DNA from: Gammaproteobacteria bacterium
GTDB lineage: Bacteria > Pseudomonadota > Gammaproteobacteria > Eutrophobiales > Eutrophobiaceae
NCBI GenBank assembly: GCA_965238225.1
Contig: OZ250183.1
Span: forward strand, 1,536,001-1,600,000
Direction: 5' to 3'
DNA: 64,000 nt
Shown here: positions 1 to 11,739 of the stretch, in pieces
Numbering within the stretch: the first letter of the stretch is position 1
Layout: every line of letters starts with the position of its first letter
Translations under genes and position numbers: made by a program
The notes under the pieces: generated by a model
The model's input: the letters and a program-made list of their open reading frames with translations, nothing else
What the model was told of the DNA's origin: nothing
Database searches by the model: none

Positions 1-459
1 CGTAATCTTGGTGGCATTATTATTATTGACTTCATTGACATGAAAAATGCAGAGCATAATCGACAAGTATTACGCACATTTGAAAAACATCTCAATAAAG
101 ATAATTCAAAAATATCTATGAGCGAGTTAACCTCGCTTGGACTAGTACAGCTCACACGAAAACGTACAAGAGAAAGTCTTGAACATACCTTGTGCGAAGA
201 TTGTCCAACCTGCAAAGGTAGAAGTTCAGTTAAAACAGCTGAAACTGTTTGCTACGAAATTTTCCGCGAAATCCTCCGTGAGGTGCGTCAGTTTGATGCT
301 AACAAATTACTTATTATTGCATCACAAAAAATAGTAGATATGTTGCTTGATGAAGAATCAAGCAATGTATCTGAGTTAAAAAAATTTATTGGCAGGCCAA
401 TTTCATTTCAGGTAGAATCTTTGTATATTCAGGAACAATACGATATCATATTACTTTAA
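1..459 (+). CDS. rng: Ribonuclease G, C-terminal part (gene starts before the window)
   Basis: Frame open from base 1: RNLGGIIIIDFIDM...LGLVQLTRKR...CPTCKG, the RNase E/G motifs; precedes yhdP as usual. Confidence 0.95.
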   Translation, partial: RNLGGIIIIDFIDMKNAEHNRQVLRTFEKHLNKDNSKISMSELTSLGLVQLTRKRTRESLEHTLCEDCPTCKGRSSVKTAETVCYEIFREILREVRQFDANKLLIIASQKIVDMLLDEESSNVSELKKFIGRPISFQVESLYIQEQYDIILL

Positions 460-470
460 ATTAGCCTGCG

Positions 471-3400
471 ATGCTTAAAAATATTTTTAAACATTTCTAT
501 CGTTTTTTTCTTTATTCACTTGCCTTTGTTATTCTGATATCTGCGATTCTCATTACAGTGATACGTCTAACTCTTCCTAGAGCTGACAACTATCGCCAGC
601 AAGCTCAGGACTGGATCAGTCAATACATGAATTATCCTGTGGAAATTTCGAAGATTGGCGCCGACTGGGATAGCTGGATTCTGAATTTACACTTGCACAA
701 CGTCAACATCCTATATCCTGTCACAAATGAACAAATCCTGAATATTAAATCAATTCTGATCGGCATAGATATTTTTGAAAGTCTGTATAAAAATGAAATT
801 GTACCCAAATCGATTGTCATCTCTGGTGTTAGTCTTACATTGATACGTCAGCAAGATGGTTCTATTATAACATCAAGATACCTGCATAATGAGCTTACAA
901 ACAAACAGGGGGGGGATAATATACTTGCCAAGTGGTTTCTTGCGCAAAAAAATATCCTAATCAAGGAAACTCAGCTCACATTGCTCGACTTAAACAAAAG
1001 TGATGAACCATTATTATTGCCTGATGTAACTCTGCGCATAGCAAATAATAGCCAGCGTACTCAAATTGAAGGCTTGGCAATTTTGTCAACGCCAAACAAA
1101 AATATCTTAAATTTTTCTCTAGACGTAAGTGGTGATGTTTTAGCATCAAACTGGTCAGGGAAAATGTATCTACAAGGTAAAAATATCAATATTTCTCCGC
1201 TTATGTCAATAATTAAAGATATTGATATTAAAGAGCACGAAGGAACTGCAGATATTAAATTATGGGGCGCATGGAATCAGGCAAAACTTCATAGACTAGA
1301 AGGCTATATTAATCTCAAAAACTTGAAACTAGCAAATGATCAATCTGATATTTATATCAATCAACTATCCGGTAATTTTTTAGCGGTCAGAGGAGCTCGC
1401 GAAGAGCTTGAATTAGTGTTTAATATTGAAGACATGGTAACACCTAATGGGGTATGGTCAGAATCTGTCATTTCTTTAAAGAAAATCTATGATGATGAAC
1501 ATGGTAAATACCGCTATATCGCAAGTGCTAATTATCTGAACCTAGATGATATAGATTATTTCCGGAAGACTGTTTTGAATTTGTCAGATGGGTTTCTGCC
1601 AATAAATATTTCTGGGCTTACAGGTCATATGCGTAACGTCGTAGCCAAGTACAATCCAACTATTGAATCTTCTAAGCAAATATATATGGAATATGAGTTT
1701 TCACAACTGGGCGGGAAAATAAATGATTCGCCTTTTAATATCATGGGGTTAAGTGGGCATATGAAAGGAACGCGGAATCAGGGAAATATACGTTTAGCAT
1801 CAGATGTCTCTAAATTTGAAACAGGAAAATTATTCACTCATCCTTTGATATTCTATGAATTAAATACCGAATTAGATTGGCATTCTCAGAATAAATTTTT
1901 AATTATTAACACATCCTTGTTGGACACTCATACTAAAGATTTTAATATACAACTAAAAGGCGAGCTGAAATTCGAACAAAATAGAAAACTTCCATTTGTT
2001 AATACGTTGATTGAATTGTCTGATATTGAAATCAATAAAATTGCTAAGCACCTGCCGTCAACTATACCAGAAGACATTGCCAGTTGGTTGAATAATTCAC
2101 TTGTTACTGGAAATATTCCATCTGCAAAATTTGTATTCAGAGGCTGGCTGGAAGATTATCCCTTCAAGAAAAATGAAGGAATTTTCAAAGGGCTTGTAAC
2201 CGTCAATCAAGCTACATTGGATTACAATAAAGAATGGCCACCCATAAATAGAATGGATGCTGAGCTGACTGTCAATGGTGACATATTAACTATTGATGCA
2301 AGTTCTGGCGATTTATACGGAACTAAAATCACCAGAATATCTGCTGTCATAGAAGACCTTTCTGCAAAAGACATACAATCGTCAGTTTTTATAGACGGTC
2401 ATATTGGCGGTGATATGAAAGATGGCTTGCTGTTTATCAAAAATAGCCCACTTCATGAAAATAAATCACTAGAAAAACTTCAAACAAACAATATTTTTGG
2501 GGAACTGGATCTGAATCTAAGTTTGGATATCCCATTATCATCTGGCGAAATATTAGTTGATGGCACTATCTTCTTGCATGATGTTTTACTTAAATTAAAA
2601 AAAATGGATATAAAGCTTTCCAAGCTTAATGGATCCATAGATTTCACTCATAACTCAATTTCTGCTGAAGCAATAAAAGCACAATATTTTAAGCATCCTG
2701 TAGAACTTACAATTGAAAATAATTATGACTCATCTATCATTACCACGTTAAGTGGCAGCGCAGATAAACATTTCATTAGCTCTCAATTGATACATTATTT
2801 TCCTTCAATTGAGCATCTGCAATCAGAGATTGAAAAACGCATTTTTGGGTCATGTTTATGGGAGGCATCCATCACTCATGCTAACCCAAATAATGTCGAT
2901 GGTAATTTAAATTCCAGCAAAAAGCTCATCATCAGTTCAGCGCTTGATGGATTATCGATAGATCTTCCGTCACCACTATCTAAATCATTAGATAGCAAAC
3001 CCCTTAAATTATCCATCGATTTTCTAGATAAGAATAGACGGAAAATCAATATCGAATATTCAAATATTTTTGACGGAATCATTGATATCAAAAAAATTAA
3101 TAATGAAAATTATATTACAACTTCCTTGTCTTTCGGAAGTGAGGCTGTCCTTCGTGAGGAAGATAATCAATTTTCTGTGACGGGAAATATTGAACATTTA
3201 ATCATTGACGAATGGTTTGACTTGATTCCTGATAATATAAGCCCTGATGATCTAAGGAAAGAGAAACTAAAACCAAAAGGCAAACCTGTTTCTGTGAATA
3301 TACAAGTTGATTCACTGCAATTCATGAATCAAAATTTCACAGATTTGAATATAAAATTAAACAATAGGGAAACTGATTCTATCTACCACCTAAATATAAA

Positions 3401-4364
3401 CGCTGAAGACATCCGTGGCGATATCTATCTAAACCGTTTTTTTGATAAAAATCCTGTCAATATAAATCTTAAAAAATTAATACTTGCCAAAAATGAAACT
3501 GTAGATACAGGCAAAGAAAAAAAATATAAAATTATTCCTAGCACTATACCTCCGCTTAATGTTGAAATATCAGAACTAATCTACAACAATATGGAATTGG
3601 GACAATTGAAGCTTATTACATCAAAAAGCAACAACGGCCTTTCAGTTGACAACATAAATTTTAATAAGGCAGGTATGGTCATTAATGGTTCAGGTGTCTG
3701 GAATATGATTAATAACGAGCACTACTCAAAATTTAACTTATCGCTCAATGCTAAATCAATGAAAACCATGTTAGAAACATTTAATTATAATATTACAGCA
3801 ATTGAAAAAGGTAAGACGAATCTATCGCTTGATACAAAATGGCAAGGAACACCAGTAGATTTCTCTCTGGATAATCTTAATGGAACTTTGAACATGAAGA
3901 TAAAAGACGGGCAATTTACAGATCTTGATCCATCTGTGGGCAGACTATTTGGGCTATTAAGCCTACAGGCCTTGCCAAAAAGACTTTCTCTTGATTTTGC
4001 TGATCTGTTCAAAAAAGGCTTTGCTTTTGATGATATTGCGGGAGACTTTGATTTAGAAAATGGCAATGCTTACACCGGTAATCTATCTATGACAGGATCA
4101 TCAGCAAATATCGATATCTCAGGCAGGATAGGGCTTGCACACCAAGACTATGATCAGATAGCTACAGTCACACCAAAGATAACAGACAGCTTGCCTGCTG
4201 CCAGCGCCTTATTTGGGCCTGTTGGTATTGGCATTGGCACAGCGATATTCATGATAAGTGAGATGTTTAACTCATTACCAGACAAAATTGACACCTTGCT
4301 ACACAAACAATACAGCATCACTGGTGCGTGGGATGATCCGCAAATAATAGAAATAAAACAATAA
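471..4364 (+). CDS. yhdP: YhdP / AsmA-like phospholipid transport protein
   Basis: 1297 aa; N-terminal TM anchor; C-terminal GRLFGLLSLQALPKRLSLDF...YSITGAWDDP; rng-yhdP synteny. Confidence 0.92.
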   Translation: MLKNIFKHFYRFFLYSLAFVILISAILITVIRLTLPRADNYRQQAQDWISQYMNYPVEISKIGADWDSWILNLHLHNVNILYPVTNEQILNIKSILIGIDIFESLYKNEIVPKSIVISGVSLTLIRQQDGSIITSRYLHNELTNKQGGDNILAKWFLAQKNILIKETQLTLLDLNKSDEPLLLPDVTLRIANNSQRTQIEGLAILSTPNKNILNFSLDVSGDVLASNWSGKMYLQGKNINISPLMSIIKDIDIKEHEGTADIKLWGAWNQAKLHRLEGYINLKNLKLANDQSDIYINQLSGNFLAVRGAREELELVFNIEDMVTPNGVWSESVISLKKIYDDEHGKYRYIASANYLNLDDIDYFRKTVLNLSDGFLPINISGLTGHMRNVVAKYNPTIESSKQIYMEYEFSQLGGKINDSPFNIMGLSGHMKGTRNQGNIRLASDVSKFETGKLFTHPLIFYELNTELDWHSQNKFLIINTSLLDTHTKDFNIQLKGELKFEQNRKLPFVNTLIELSDIEINKIAKHLPSTIPEDIASWLNNSLVTGNIPSAKFVFRGWLEDYPFKKNEGIFKGLVTVNQATLDYNKEWPPINRMDAELTVNGDILTIDASSGDLYGTKITRISAVIEDLSAKDIQSSVFIDGHIGGDMKDGLLFIKNSPLHENKSLEKLQTNNIFGELDLNLSLDIPLSSGEILVDGTIFLHDVLLKLKKMDIKLSKLNGSIDFTHNSISAEAIKAQYFKHPVELTIENNYDSSIITTLSGSADKHFISSQLIHYFPSIEHLQSEIEKRIFGSCLWEASITHANPNNVDGNLNSSKKLIISSALDGLSIDLPSPLSKSLDSKPLKLSIDFLDKNRRKINIEYSNIFDGIIDIKKINNENYITTSLSFGSEAVLREEDNQFSVTGNIEHLIIDEWFDLIPDNISPDDLRKEKLKPKGKPVSVNIQVDSLQFMNQNFTDLNIKLNNRETDSIYHLNINAEDIRGDIYLNRFFDKNPVNINLKKLILAKNETVDTGKEKKYKIIPSTIPPLNVEISELIYNNMELGQLKLITSKSNNGLSVDNINFNKAGMVINGSGVWNMINNEHYSKFNLSLNAKSMKTMLETFNYNITAIEKGKTNLSLDTKWQGTPVDFSLDNLNGTLNMKIKDGQFTDLDPSVGRLFGLLSLQALPKRLSLDFADLFKKGFAFDDIAGDFDLENGNAYTGNLSMTGSSANIDISGRIGLAHQDYDQIATVTPKITDSLPAASALFGPVGIGIGTAIFMISEMFNSLPDKIDTLLHKQYSITGAWDDPQIIEIKQ

Positions 4365-4416
4365 AATACAGAGGCGGTTAATTTCTAACCAGAAAAGTCT
4401 AACCAGGAAAGATTGT

Positions 4417-4827
4417 TCAAGGGTAAGCAAAAACAAAGAAAATCATCATCATTACAGCAGAAACTGTAAGCCCCACCCCAAATTCAATAACCAAGATACC
4501 CAAACGCTGACCGCTGACCGGATCTGATGCTAAAACACTGTAATCAAGGAAATTACCTCCTAATATTAGCGCTGCAACACCTACAGCGATGTAAAGCAAT
4601 AATCCCAGAGCAGAGATAACATGTAATAAATTAAAAGAAAAAGCATTTAGAGCATTTTCAACCCCAAAGATGAGACTATACAAAATAAATGCTGATGCAA
4701 AAATTACTCCAGCCTGAAACCCCCCGCCTGGTCCATAATCTCCGTGAAATTGAACATAAAATGCAAAGATTAAAATCAAGGGAATCAATATTTTTGCAAC
4801 AACTCTCAGTATCAAATGGTGTTCCAT
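4417..4827 (-). CDS. mnhB: Multisubunit Na+/H+ antiporter subunit B
   Basis: HGDYGPGGGFQAG motif, hydrophobic. Confidence 0.9.
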   Translation of the reverse strand: MEHHLILRVVAKILIPLILIFAFYVQFHGDYGPGGGFQAGVIFASAFILYSLIFGVENALNAFSFNLLHVISALGLLLYIAVGVAALILGGNFLDYSVLASDPVSGQRLGILVIEFGVGLTVSAVMMMIFFVFAYP

Positions 4828-4842
4828 ATTATGTACTACCCC

Positions 4843-5385
4843 TTATGGTTCTTTTTTATATGACTTGATACGATTTCTAAGCCCTCGACCTAACAACATC
4901 AAAACGGCTATGCCTGCTGTAAAAATAACGGTCACCTCTCCCATCGTATCATAGCCTCGGTAGCTGGCTAGAATTGACGTTACCATATTTGGAATGCCAA
5001 TCTCCACAGGAGATTGATTAATATAACGATCAGATAAATATTGATGTACAGGTGCCGAACTGTCACCAAATTTTGGAATATCTGAAATTCCGAACATCAA
5101 GACAACCCCTGTTAGTATTACAACAAAAAATGCGGGAAGAGAGATTTTGCTGCCTGAGTCTCCATGGCTATTTGTCAAAGTAATGGTATTGAAAAACAGT
5201 AAGGTCGCCATACCTCCGCCGACAACAGCCTCAGTAAATGCAACATCAACAGCATCCATACTTACGTACAAGCCAGCAGCAAGCAGGCTGAACATTCCGG
5301 TCAATATGGCAGCTGCAAATAAACTGTCTAGGCGGACAATGGCTATCCCCAATACAACCAAAAGGGCAAGCAATGAAATATTCAC
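4843..5385 (-). CDS. DUF4040 / MnhB-related Na+/H+ antiporter subunit (MrpA C-terminal-like)
   Basis: DAVDVAFTEAVVGGG and PNMVTSILASYRGYDTMGE motifs; start uncertain. Confidence 0.85.
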   Translation of the reverse strand: MNISLLALLVVLGIAIVRLDSLFAAAILTGMFSLLAAGLYVSMDAVDVAFTEAVVGGGMATLLFFNTITLTNSHGDSGSKISLPAFFVVILTGVVLMFGISDIPKFGDSSAPVHQYLSDRYINQSPVEIGIPNMVTSILASYRGYDTMGEVTVIFTAGIAVLMLLGRGLRNRIKSYKKEP

Positions 5386-5399
5386 AAATGCTTCGATGT

Positions 5400-5717
5400 C
5401 TAGTCGTCTCCTGAATAATCTAATAATGGTTTAACTTTGCCATGAAGCGCAGCCTTGGCTATGGCATGGGTCGCTGTGGGAGAAGTGAACATAATAAATA
5501 TCACAATTAAAAATAGTTTCACCGCGACAATGCTCAAACCCGCCTGCAACATAAGTCCAAACATAATGAGAATACATCCAAGTGTATCTACAACACTGAC
5601 TGCATGTAACCGTGTAAAAAAATCAGGGAAACGTACAAGACCAATGGTTCCGATAATTAAAAAAATAGTGCCAGCCATTAAGCTTAGCCAACTAAAAAAA
5701 TTAACTAAAGCGATCAT
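5400..5717 (-). CDS. mnhG: Na+/H+ antiporter subunit G
   Basis: GLVRFPDFFTRLHA...DTLG, SPTATHAIAKAA. Confidence 0.92.
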   Translation of the reverse strand: MIALVNFFSWLSLMAGTIFLIIGTIGLVRFPDFFTRLHAVSVVDTLGCILIMFGLMLQAGLSIVAVKLFLIVIFIMFTSPTATHAIAKAALHGKVKPLLDYSGDD

Positions 5718-6001
5718 AGCTCACTATCCTGCTTACCAAAAGATCCTCTGCCCATGCTCCCATACTCAAAGAGTTTAAACGCGGCGATTGTAATAATGAA
5801 ATTTATTAATGCATATGCCAATGCAATATCAAGAAATCCTGGACGTTCAGTCAAAAAACCGAATATCGCAATAAACAAAACAGTGATTGTTCCGAATGTG
5901 TTAACTGCCAATATTCGATCGTAAATGGTTGGCCCCAGTAAGGCTCTGCCTAATACAATCAGCATAGCAACTAAAATCGCAATAGTGGTTACAATAAACA
6001 T
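5714..6001 (-). CDS. mnhF: Na+/H+ antiporter subunit F
   Basis: GPTIYDRILAVN...LDIALAYALINF. Confidence 0.92.
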   Translation of the reverse strand: MFIVTTIAILVAMLIVLGRALLGPTIYDRILAVNTFGTITVLFIAIFGFLTERPGFLDIALAYALINFIITIAAFKLFEYGSMGRGSFGKQDSEL

Positions 6002-6004
6002 GTC

Positions 6005-6502
6005 TTATTCCTCCGTCCTGCTTACAAGCGCAGCGACTTTGTCGCTCATAGAGTTTTGCAATAACGACGTTGCCGCATCTTTGGTAATTGCATGGACTGT
6101 AGTAATGTCGCCATCGACACCAATGGCGACCGTCCCGGGTGTTAGCGTAATCGAATTGGCAAGTATTGCACGCGCCAGATCTGACGGCTGGTTACTGCGT
6201 AAGGAAATTATGGCAGGACTAATTGGCATAGCAGGATTAAGTATCAAACGGCAGACATAGATATTTGAAACAAATATCTCCTTCACAAACCAAGCCAAAT
6301 AAATAAGCAGCGCCCTTACATTTAGATACAATGGATAGCTTTCGTGATCGATTATATCCATGCGTAATGTAAGCCATATAACCAGTACCACAGAAAAAAA
6401 TCCCAACGACATGAGTAGCGGAGTATAATGGTTCGAGAGCAATATCCATAAAATAATAAGCAATATCCCCAAACTAACGGCATGTATATTTTTATTCTGC
6501 AT
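6005..6502 (-). CDS. mnhE: Na+/H+ antiporter subunit E
   Basis: LANSITLTPGT motif; likely start ATG 6502 (the ORF track extends to 6580). Confidence 0.9.
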   Translation of the reverse strand: MQNKNIHAVSLGILLIILWILLSNHYTPLLMSLGFFSVVLVIWLTLRMDIIDHESYPLYLNVRALLIYLAWFVKEIFVSNIYVCRLILNPAMPISPAIISLRSNQPSDLARAILANSITLTPGTVAIGVDGDITTVHAITKDAATSLLQNSMSDKVAALVSRTEE

Positions 6503-6639
6503 TTTTTCAATTTTAATTAACTTTAAAGTAGTCGGAATTATAACTGCATTATACAAAAATGCTCCATAATCAATATTCAATAATTTTTATTAATCATATT
6601 TTTTACTGACTATGTATTGGAAGTTCGCGCATGTCTGCA

Positions 6640-6900
6640 GCAGAAAACTGCAAAATAGAGCCAAAATTGTTTTCTGCCTGAAGAAATACAGGTAATTACG
6701 ATTATACCCAGTAAGCCACTCGCCACATGAAAAAGGACAAATATCTAATTGATACTATAAGATTGAGATCATGAAAAAAGCAATCTTAAGCAAAATAAAG
6801 CCGGTGCATAGTCCAATGGTGACTCAGTATGTAAATGGCTTACTTTGGTATGATTGCCTTTCTAAGAAAAATGAACCACTGGATCTGCGCAATCATTTTT
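6640..6900 (+). pseudogene. nudJ: Probable decayed NudJ-like NUDIX hydrolase remnant
   Basis: Broken frames give ETAK*SQNCFLPEEI-G-Y and HSPMVTQYV...PLDL, resembling NudJ RETLEET..F.PE...GIY and RSPLV...PLDL; sits directly upstream of mnmA, the usual nudJ position. Confidence 0.4.
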
Positions 6901-6937
6901 ACCGGAAGGACATGCTACGTCCTAATAATAAATAATC

Positions 6938-8023
6938 GTGTCTAAAGGAAAAATTGTTGTTGCTGTCTCCGGTGGAGTTGATTCTTCTGTTACTGCCCTA
7001 CTCCTCAAAGAACAAGGCTATGACATCGAAGGACTGTTCATGAAGAATTGGGATGAAAAATTACCAGGCGGCGAATGCATTTGGGAAGCTGATGTTGAAG
7101 ATGCCATGCAATGCTGTGAGAAACTTGGTATTCCCATGAATACAGTCGATCTTACCAACGATTATTGGGATAAAGTATTTAGTAACTTTCTGGAAGAATT
7201 GAGATGTGGCCGAACGCCTAATCCTGATGTCCTTTGCAATCAGGATATCAAGTTCAGCACATTTTTAACACATGCCGTCCACTTAGGCGCCGAAAAGATT
7301 GCCACCGGGCATTATGCACGCATCACGAAGGTAAATGGCCACTTTCAATTAAAAAAAGGACTGGATAACAATAAAGACCAAAGTTATTTCTTATGTCGGC
7401 TTAAGCAGAAACAATTGAGTCTTAGCCTATTTCCTATCGGTGAATTTGAAAAACATGAAGTACGAGAACGCGCAAAAAAAGCAGGGTTTAAAACATATAA
7501 CAAAAAAGACAGCACTGGTATCTGTTTTGTTGGAGAACGCCCTTTCAAGACATTCCTCTCACGTTATATCCCCAAACAAACAGGTCAAATACAGATACCT
7601 AATGGCAAGGTCATTGGGCAGCACAACGGTGTTTTCTACTACACACTGGGGCAACGACAAGGACTCGGTATTGGCGGTGTACAAGGCGCAAACGACGCAC
7701 CTTGGTATATCTATAAAAAGGATATTGATAACAATATTCTATTTGTCGTGCAAGGCCATGACCATGAACTACTCTACAGTCACAAATTAACTGCAATAGA
7801 CATCAATTGGGTCAGTGGTTTTGTGCCCAATATGCCATTAAAATGCGTTGCCAAGATACGTTACCGCCAGGCTGACCAGCCTTGTACGATAACGCATATT
7901 GAAAATGACAGCTATTTAGTCACTTTCAAAGATGCTCAATTTGCAGTGACACCAGGGCAATTTGTGGTGTTTTACGATGTGGATACCTGCCTAGGAGGAG
8001 GCATCATAGATAATGCTGATTAA
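6938..8023 (+). CDS. mnmA: tRNA-specific 2-thiouridylase
   Basis: SGGVDSS, TPNPDVLCN, ATGHYA, KDQSYFL, DSTGICF. Confidence 0.97.
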   Translation: MSKGKIVVAVSGGVDSSVTALLLKEQGYDIEGLFMKNWDEKLPGGECIWEADVEDAMQCCEKLGIPMNTVDLTNDYWDKVFSNFLEELRCGRTPNPDVLCNQDIKFSTFLTHAVHLGAEKIATGHYARITKVNGHFQLKKGLDNNKDQSYFLCRLKQKQLSLSLFPIGEFEKHEVRERAKKAGFKTYNKKDSTGICFVGERPFKTFLSRYIPKQTGQIQIPNGKVIGQHNGVFYYTLGQRQGLGIGGVQGANDAPWYIYKKDIDNNILFVVQGHDHELLYSHKLTAIDINWVSGFVPNMPLKCVAKIRYRQADQPCTITHIENDSYLVTFKDAQFAVTPGQFVVFYDVDTCLGGGIIDNAD

Positions 8024-8286
8024 AAACTATTAAATAACGTTATTTTCTTCTAAATATCGTTAATTTATTTTTATTGTTGTTAATTGCTGGCATAATCATC
8101 TAAGCTCTGTTTTTGTATATTTTACAGCACAATCTAAGCATTTCTTGTACAATCCCCAGTTCATGTTTTAAACAAGACCCTCAGCAAACTAGGTCGAAAA
8201 TATCAGAATTTTTGCTCTAGGCTTTAAAATGGCTAGGATATTCAAGAATAATCACATTATCTATTAAGGCTAGGAGATAACAAACA

Positions 8287-10902
8287 ATGCTTGAAGCATA
8301 CCGTAAACATGTAGCCCAAAGAGCCGCAGAAGGTCTTGTGCCAAAACCGCTTAATGAGGAACAAACAGCTGCTTTAGTCAAGCTTTTGAAAAAACCTCCT
8401 GCTGGAGAAGAAAAATTTCTCATAGATCTTATCACCAATCGTGTGCCTGCAGGTGTCGATCAAGCTGCTTATGTTAAAGCCGGGTTTCTAGCTGCCATAA
8501 GCCGCGGCGAGGCAGAATCTCCACTTATTAACAAAGTAAAAGCAATAGAACTCTTAGGCACCATGTTGGGTGGTTATAACATCGACCCCATGATTGATGC
8601 GCTCAACAACGAAGCCCTCGCACCGACAGCAGTCAATGCCCTGTCACATACCTTGTTGATGTTTGACGCATTCTACGATGTTAAGGAAAAAATGGATGCA
8701 GGGAACCAATACGCCAGACAAATTATAGAATCCTGGGCGAAAGGCGAATGGTTTGCCGACAAGCCTGAGTTAGCCAAAAAGATTACTGTAACTGTATTTA
8801 AAGTTACCGGCGAAACCAATACTGATGATCTATCTCCTGCGCCGGATGCTTGGTCACGTCCTGATATCCCGTTGCACGCACAAGCTATGCTAAAGATGAA
8901 ACGTGACAACATAAAACCTGACAAGCTGGGCAATATTGGTCCAATTAAACAAATAGAGGCATTAAAAGAAAAAGGTCATCCGCTTGCTTATGTCGGTGAT
9001 GTTGTAGGTACTGGCTCGTCACGTAAGTCAGCAACCAATTCAGTTTTATGGCATATGGGAAATGACATTCCCTTTATTCCGAACAAACGTAGTGGTAGCT
9101 ATTGTCTCGGCAGTAAGATTGCGCCAATATTTTTTAATACCATGGAAGACTCAGGCGCACTGCCCATAGAGTGTGATGTCACAAAAATGAACATGGGAGA
9201 TATCATTGATATCTATCCCTATGAAGGTATCATCAAAAGCAATGCTCAGGACGAAATACTCTGTGAGTTTTCACTTAAGACTAATGTTTTAGTGGACGAA
9301 TTCCGAGCGGGAGGTCGTATCCCTCTAATTGTCGGGCGCGGACTGACGGCACGTGCGCGTACAACATTGTCAATGGGCGAAACCGATCTATTTCGCAAAC
9401 CTACACCAGTAAAAGGCTTAAAGAAAGGCTTTACTCTGGCTCAGAAAATTGTCGGCAAAGCCTGTGGTGTGGAAGGTATTCATCCTGGCACCTATTGTGA
9501 ACCTAGGATGACAACTGTTGGCTCACAAGATACCACAGGGCTAATGACACGAGACGAACTAAAAGACCTTGCCTGCCTTGGTTTTTCCGCTGACCTAACG
9601 ATGCAGTCTTTCTGTCATACGGCGGCCTACCCAAAACCAATCGATGAAATAACACATCGCACGCTGCCTGATTTTATCATAACTCGTGGCGGCGTTTCCT
9701 TGCGCCCGGGCGATGGGATTATTCATTCTTGGCTCAACCGTATGTTATTGCCCGATACCGTCGGTACTGGCGGCGATTCACATACGCGCTTTCCAATTGG
9801 TATTTCATTTCCGGCAGGTTCAGGTCTGGTGGCCTTTGCCGCTGCAACTGGCATCATGCCACTGGACATGCCAGAATCCGTCTTGGTACGTTTCAAAGGT
9901 GAATTACAGCCCGGCATTACCTTGCGCGATCTGGTCAATGCCATACCATTAGCAGCAATCAAAAGGAATCTGCTTACTCTTGAAAAAAAGGGCAAGGTTA
10001 ACGTGTTTTCTGGACGCATTCTTGAGATTGAAGGTCTGCCTCACCTAAAAATTGAACAAGCATTCGAACTGTCCGATGCATCTGCTGAACGTTCTGCAAC
10101 AGGTTGTACCATTAAACTAGATAAGCAACCCATCATTGAATATCTAAATTCTAATATCACCATGTTACGCTGGATGATCACCAATGGTTATGAGAACTCA
10201 CGCACACTAGAACGCCGGGCACTGGCCATGGAAGAATGGATCAAGAATCCACAGCTAATGGAAGCAGACGAAAATGCTGAATATGCTGAAATTATTGATA
10301 TTGATATATCAGAGATCAAAGAGCCGATTCTTGCATGTCCTAACGATCCAGATGATGTTAAAACATTGGCTGACATCGCTGGTGTGAAAATTGACGAAGT
10401 CTTCCTTGGCTCATGTATGACCAACATTGGTCACTTTCGTGCCGCAGGCAAACTACTTGAACAGTATGGGGGGAAAATACCTACTAGGCTATGGGTTGCG
10501 CCCCCGACCAAGATGGACGAAAAACAACTGATCAACGAGGGTTATTACGACATCTATAACGCTGCAGGTGCCAGAACTGAGATACCTGGTTGCTCTTTAT
10601 GTATGGGCAACCAAGCGCGTGTTGAAGCACAATCGACAGTAGTTTCAACTTCAACACGTAATTTCCCGAATCGTCTGGGGGATGGTGCCAACGTTTATTT
10701 ATCTTCAGCAGAGATCGCTGCCGTGGTTTCAATCCTCGGTAAGATTCCAACTTATGAAGAATACATGAAGTTTGTCGATAAAATTAATCCAATGGCCGAT
10801 GATATCTATCGTTACCTGAATTTCGATCAAGTTGATGATTACCAGGAAGCGGCTTCCAAGGCAGCAAGCAAGCTTGCCGAAATCCCAGTGAAAGTAGCCT
10901 GA
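8287..10902 (+). CDS. acnB: Aconitate hydratase B
   Basis: MLEAYRKHV..., [38 protein letters not shown]. Confidence 0.98.
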   Translation: MLEAYRKHVAQRAAEGLVPKPLNEEQTAALVKLLKKPPAGEEKFLIDLITNRVPAGVDQAAYVKAGFLAAISRGEAESPLINKVKAIELLGTMLGGYNIDPMIDALNNEALAPTAVNALSHTLLMFDAFYDVKEKMDAGNQYARQIIESWAKGEWFADKPELAKKITVTVFKVTGETNTDDLSPAPDAWSRPDIPLHAQAMLKMKRDNIKPDKLGNIGPIKQIEALKEKGHPLAYVGDVVGTGSSRKSATNSVLWHMGNDIPFIPNKRSGSYCLGSKIAPIFFNTMEDSGALPIECDVTKMNMGDIIDIYPYEGIIKSNAQDEILCEFSLKTNVLVDEFRAGGRIPLIVGRGLTARARTTLSMGETDLFRKPTPVKGLKKGFTLAQKIVGKACGVEGIHPGTYCEPRMTTVGSQDTTGLMTRDELKDLACLGFSADLTMQSFCHTAAYPKPIDEITHRTLPDFIITRGGVSLRPGDGIIHSWLNRMLLPDTVGTGGDSHTRFPIGISFPAGSGLVAFAAATGIMPLDMPESVLVRFKGELQPGITLRDLVNAIPLAAIKRNLLTLEKKGKVNVFSGRILEIEGLPHLKIEQAFELSDASAERSATGCTIKLDKQPIIEYLNSNITMLRWMITNGYENSRTLERRALAMEEWIKNPQLMEADENAEYAEIIDIDISEIKEPILACPNDPDDVKTLADIAGVKIDEVFLGSCMTNIGHFRAAGKLLEQYGGKIPTRLWVAPPTKMDEKQLINEGYYDIYNAAGARTEIPGCSLCMGNQARVEAQSTVVSTSTRNFPNRLGDGANVYLSSAEIAAVVSILGKIPTYEEYMKFVDKINPMADDIYRYLNFDQVDDYQEAASKAASKLAEIPVKVA

Positions 10903-11076
10903 CACAAGGCAGCTGATAAGCAGCGCTACAAATTTAGTTAAGTGCAGCTTTTGATAACACAAGGATAATAATCGCAAGATTAATATGGAATAATTGCAAC
11001 TAATTTAAAAAATAGCTTATGCATTTTTTTAGCATGAATAAATAAGATTTTAGAGCATGTTTTGAGTTAAAAAACG

Positions 11077-11739
11077 ATGCAGAGAATCCTAGAACCCGAG
11101 CTCATGAATAATAAAGCGCAGGTGCTGGCTTACACCGAGGCTGACTTTAACGAACCTCATGATATGTTTATTCAAGCATTTAAAGATACCTTTCCAGAAA
11201 ACAAAATGAATGTTCATGTACTCGATATGGGCTGTGGGTCTGCTGACATTAGCATTCGTTTTGCTATAGCATACCCAAATTATAAAATAGATGGCTTAGA
11301 TGGCGCGCCCAAGATGCTGGCGCAAGGGAAGCTTGCCATTCAAAAAGCACAGTTGCAAAATAGAATACGTCTATTAGAAGGACTGTTGCCTGGCGCAGAT
11401 TTACCTCGTGATAACTATGATATAATTATTAGTAATAGTTTGTTACATCATCTGCACAATCCAGATGTCTTATGGAAAAGTATTAAGCAATTTGGTGTCT
11501 CCGGCAGCCAAATATTTATTATGGATCTGATGCGTCCTGAGACTGAAAAGATTGCTAAGACGTTTGTAGATTTATATGCAAATCATGAGCCACAAGTTTT
11601 GCAGGAGGATTTCTATAATTCTCTGTGTGCCGCATTTTTACCTGACGAAATTAAATCACAATTGGCTCTTGAAGGCTTGTCACATTTTGCAGTGGAAGTA
11701 TGCTCTGATCGGCATGTGCTCGTATTTGGAACACTATAA
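11077..11739 (+). CDS. Class I SAM-dependent methyltransferase
   Basis: VLDMGCGSAD, SNSLLHH motifs. Confidence 0.88.
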   Translation: MQRILEPELMNNKAQVLAYTEADFNEPHDMFIQAFKDTFPENKMNVHVLDMGCGSADISIRFAIAYPNYKIDGLDGAPKMLAQGKLAIQKAQLQNRIRLLEGLLPGADLPRDNYDIIISNSLLHHLHNPDVLWKSIKQFGVSGSQIFIMDLMRPETEKIAKTFVDLYANHEPQVLQEDFYNSLCAAFLPDEIKSQLALEGLSHFAVEVCSDRHVLVFGTL

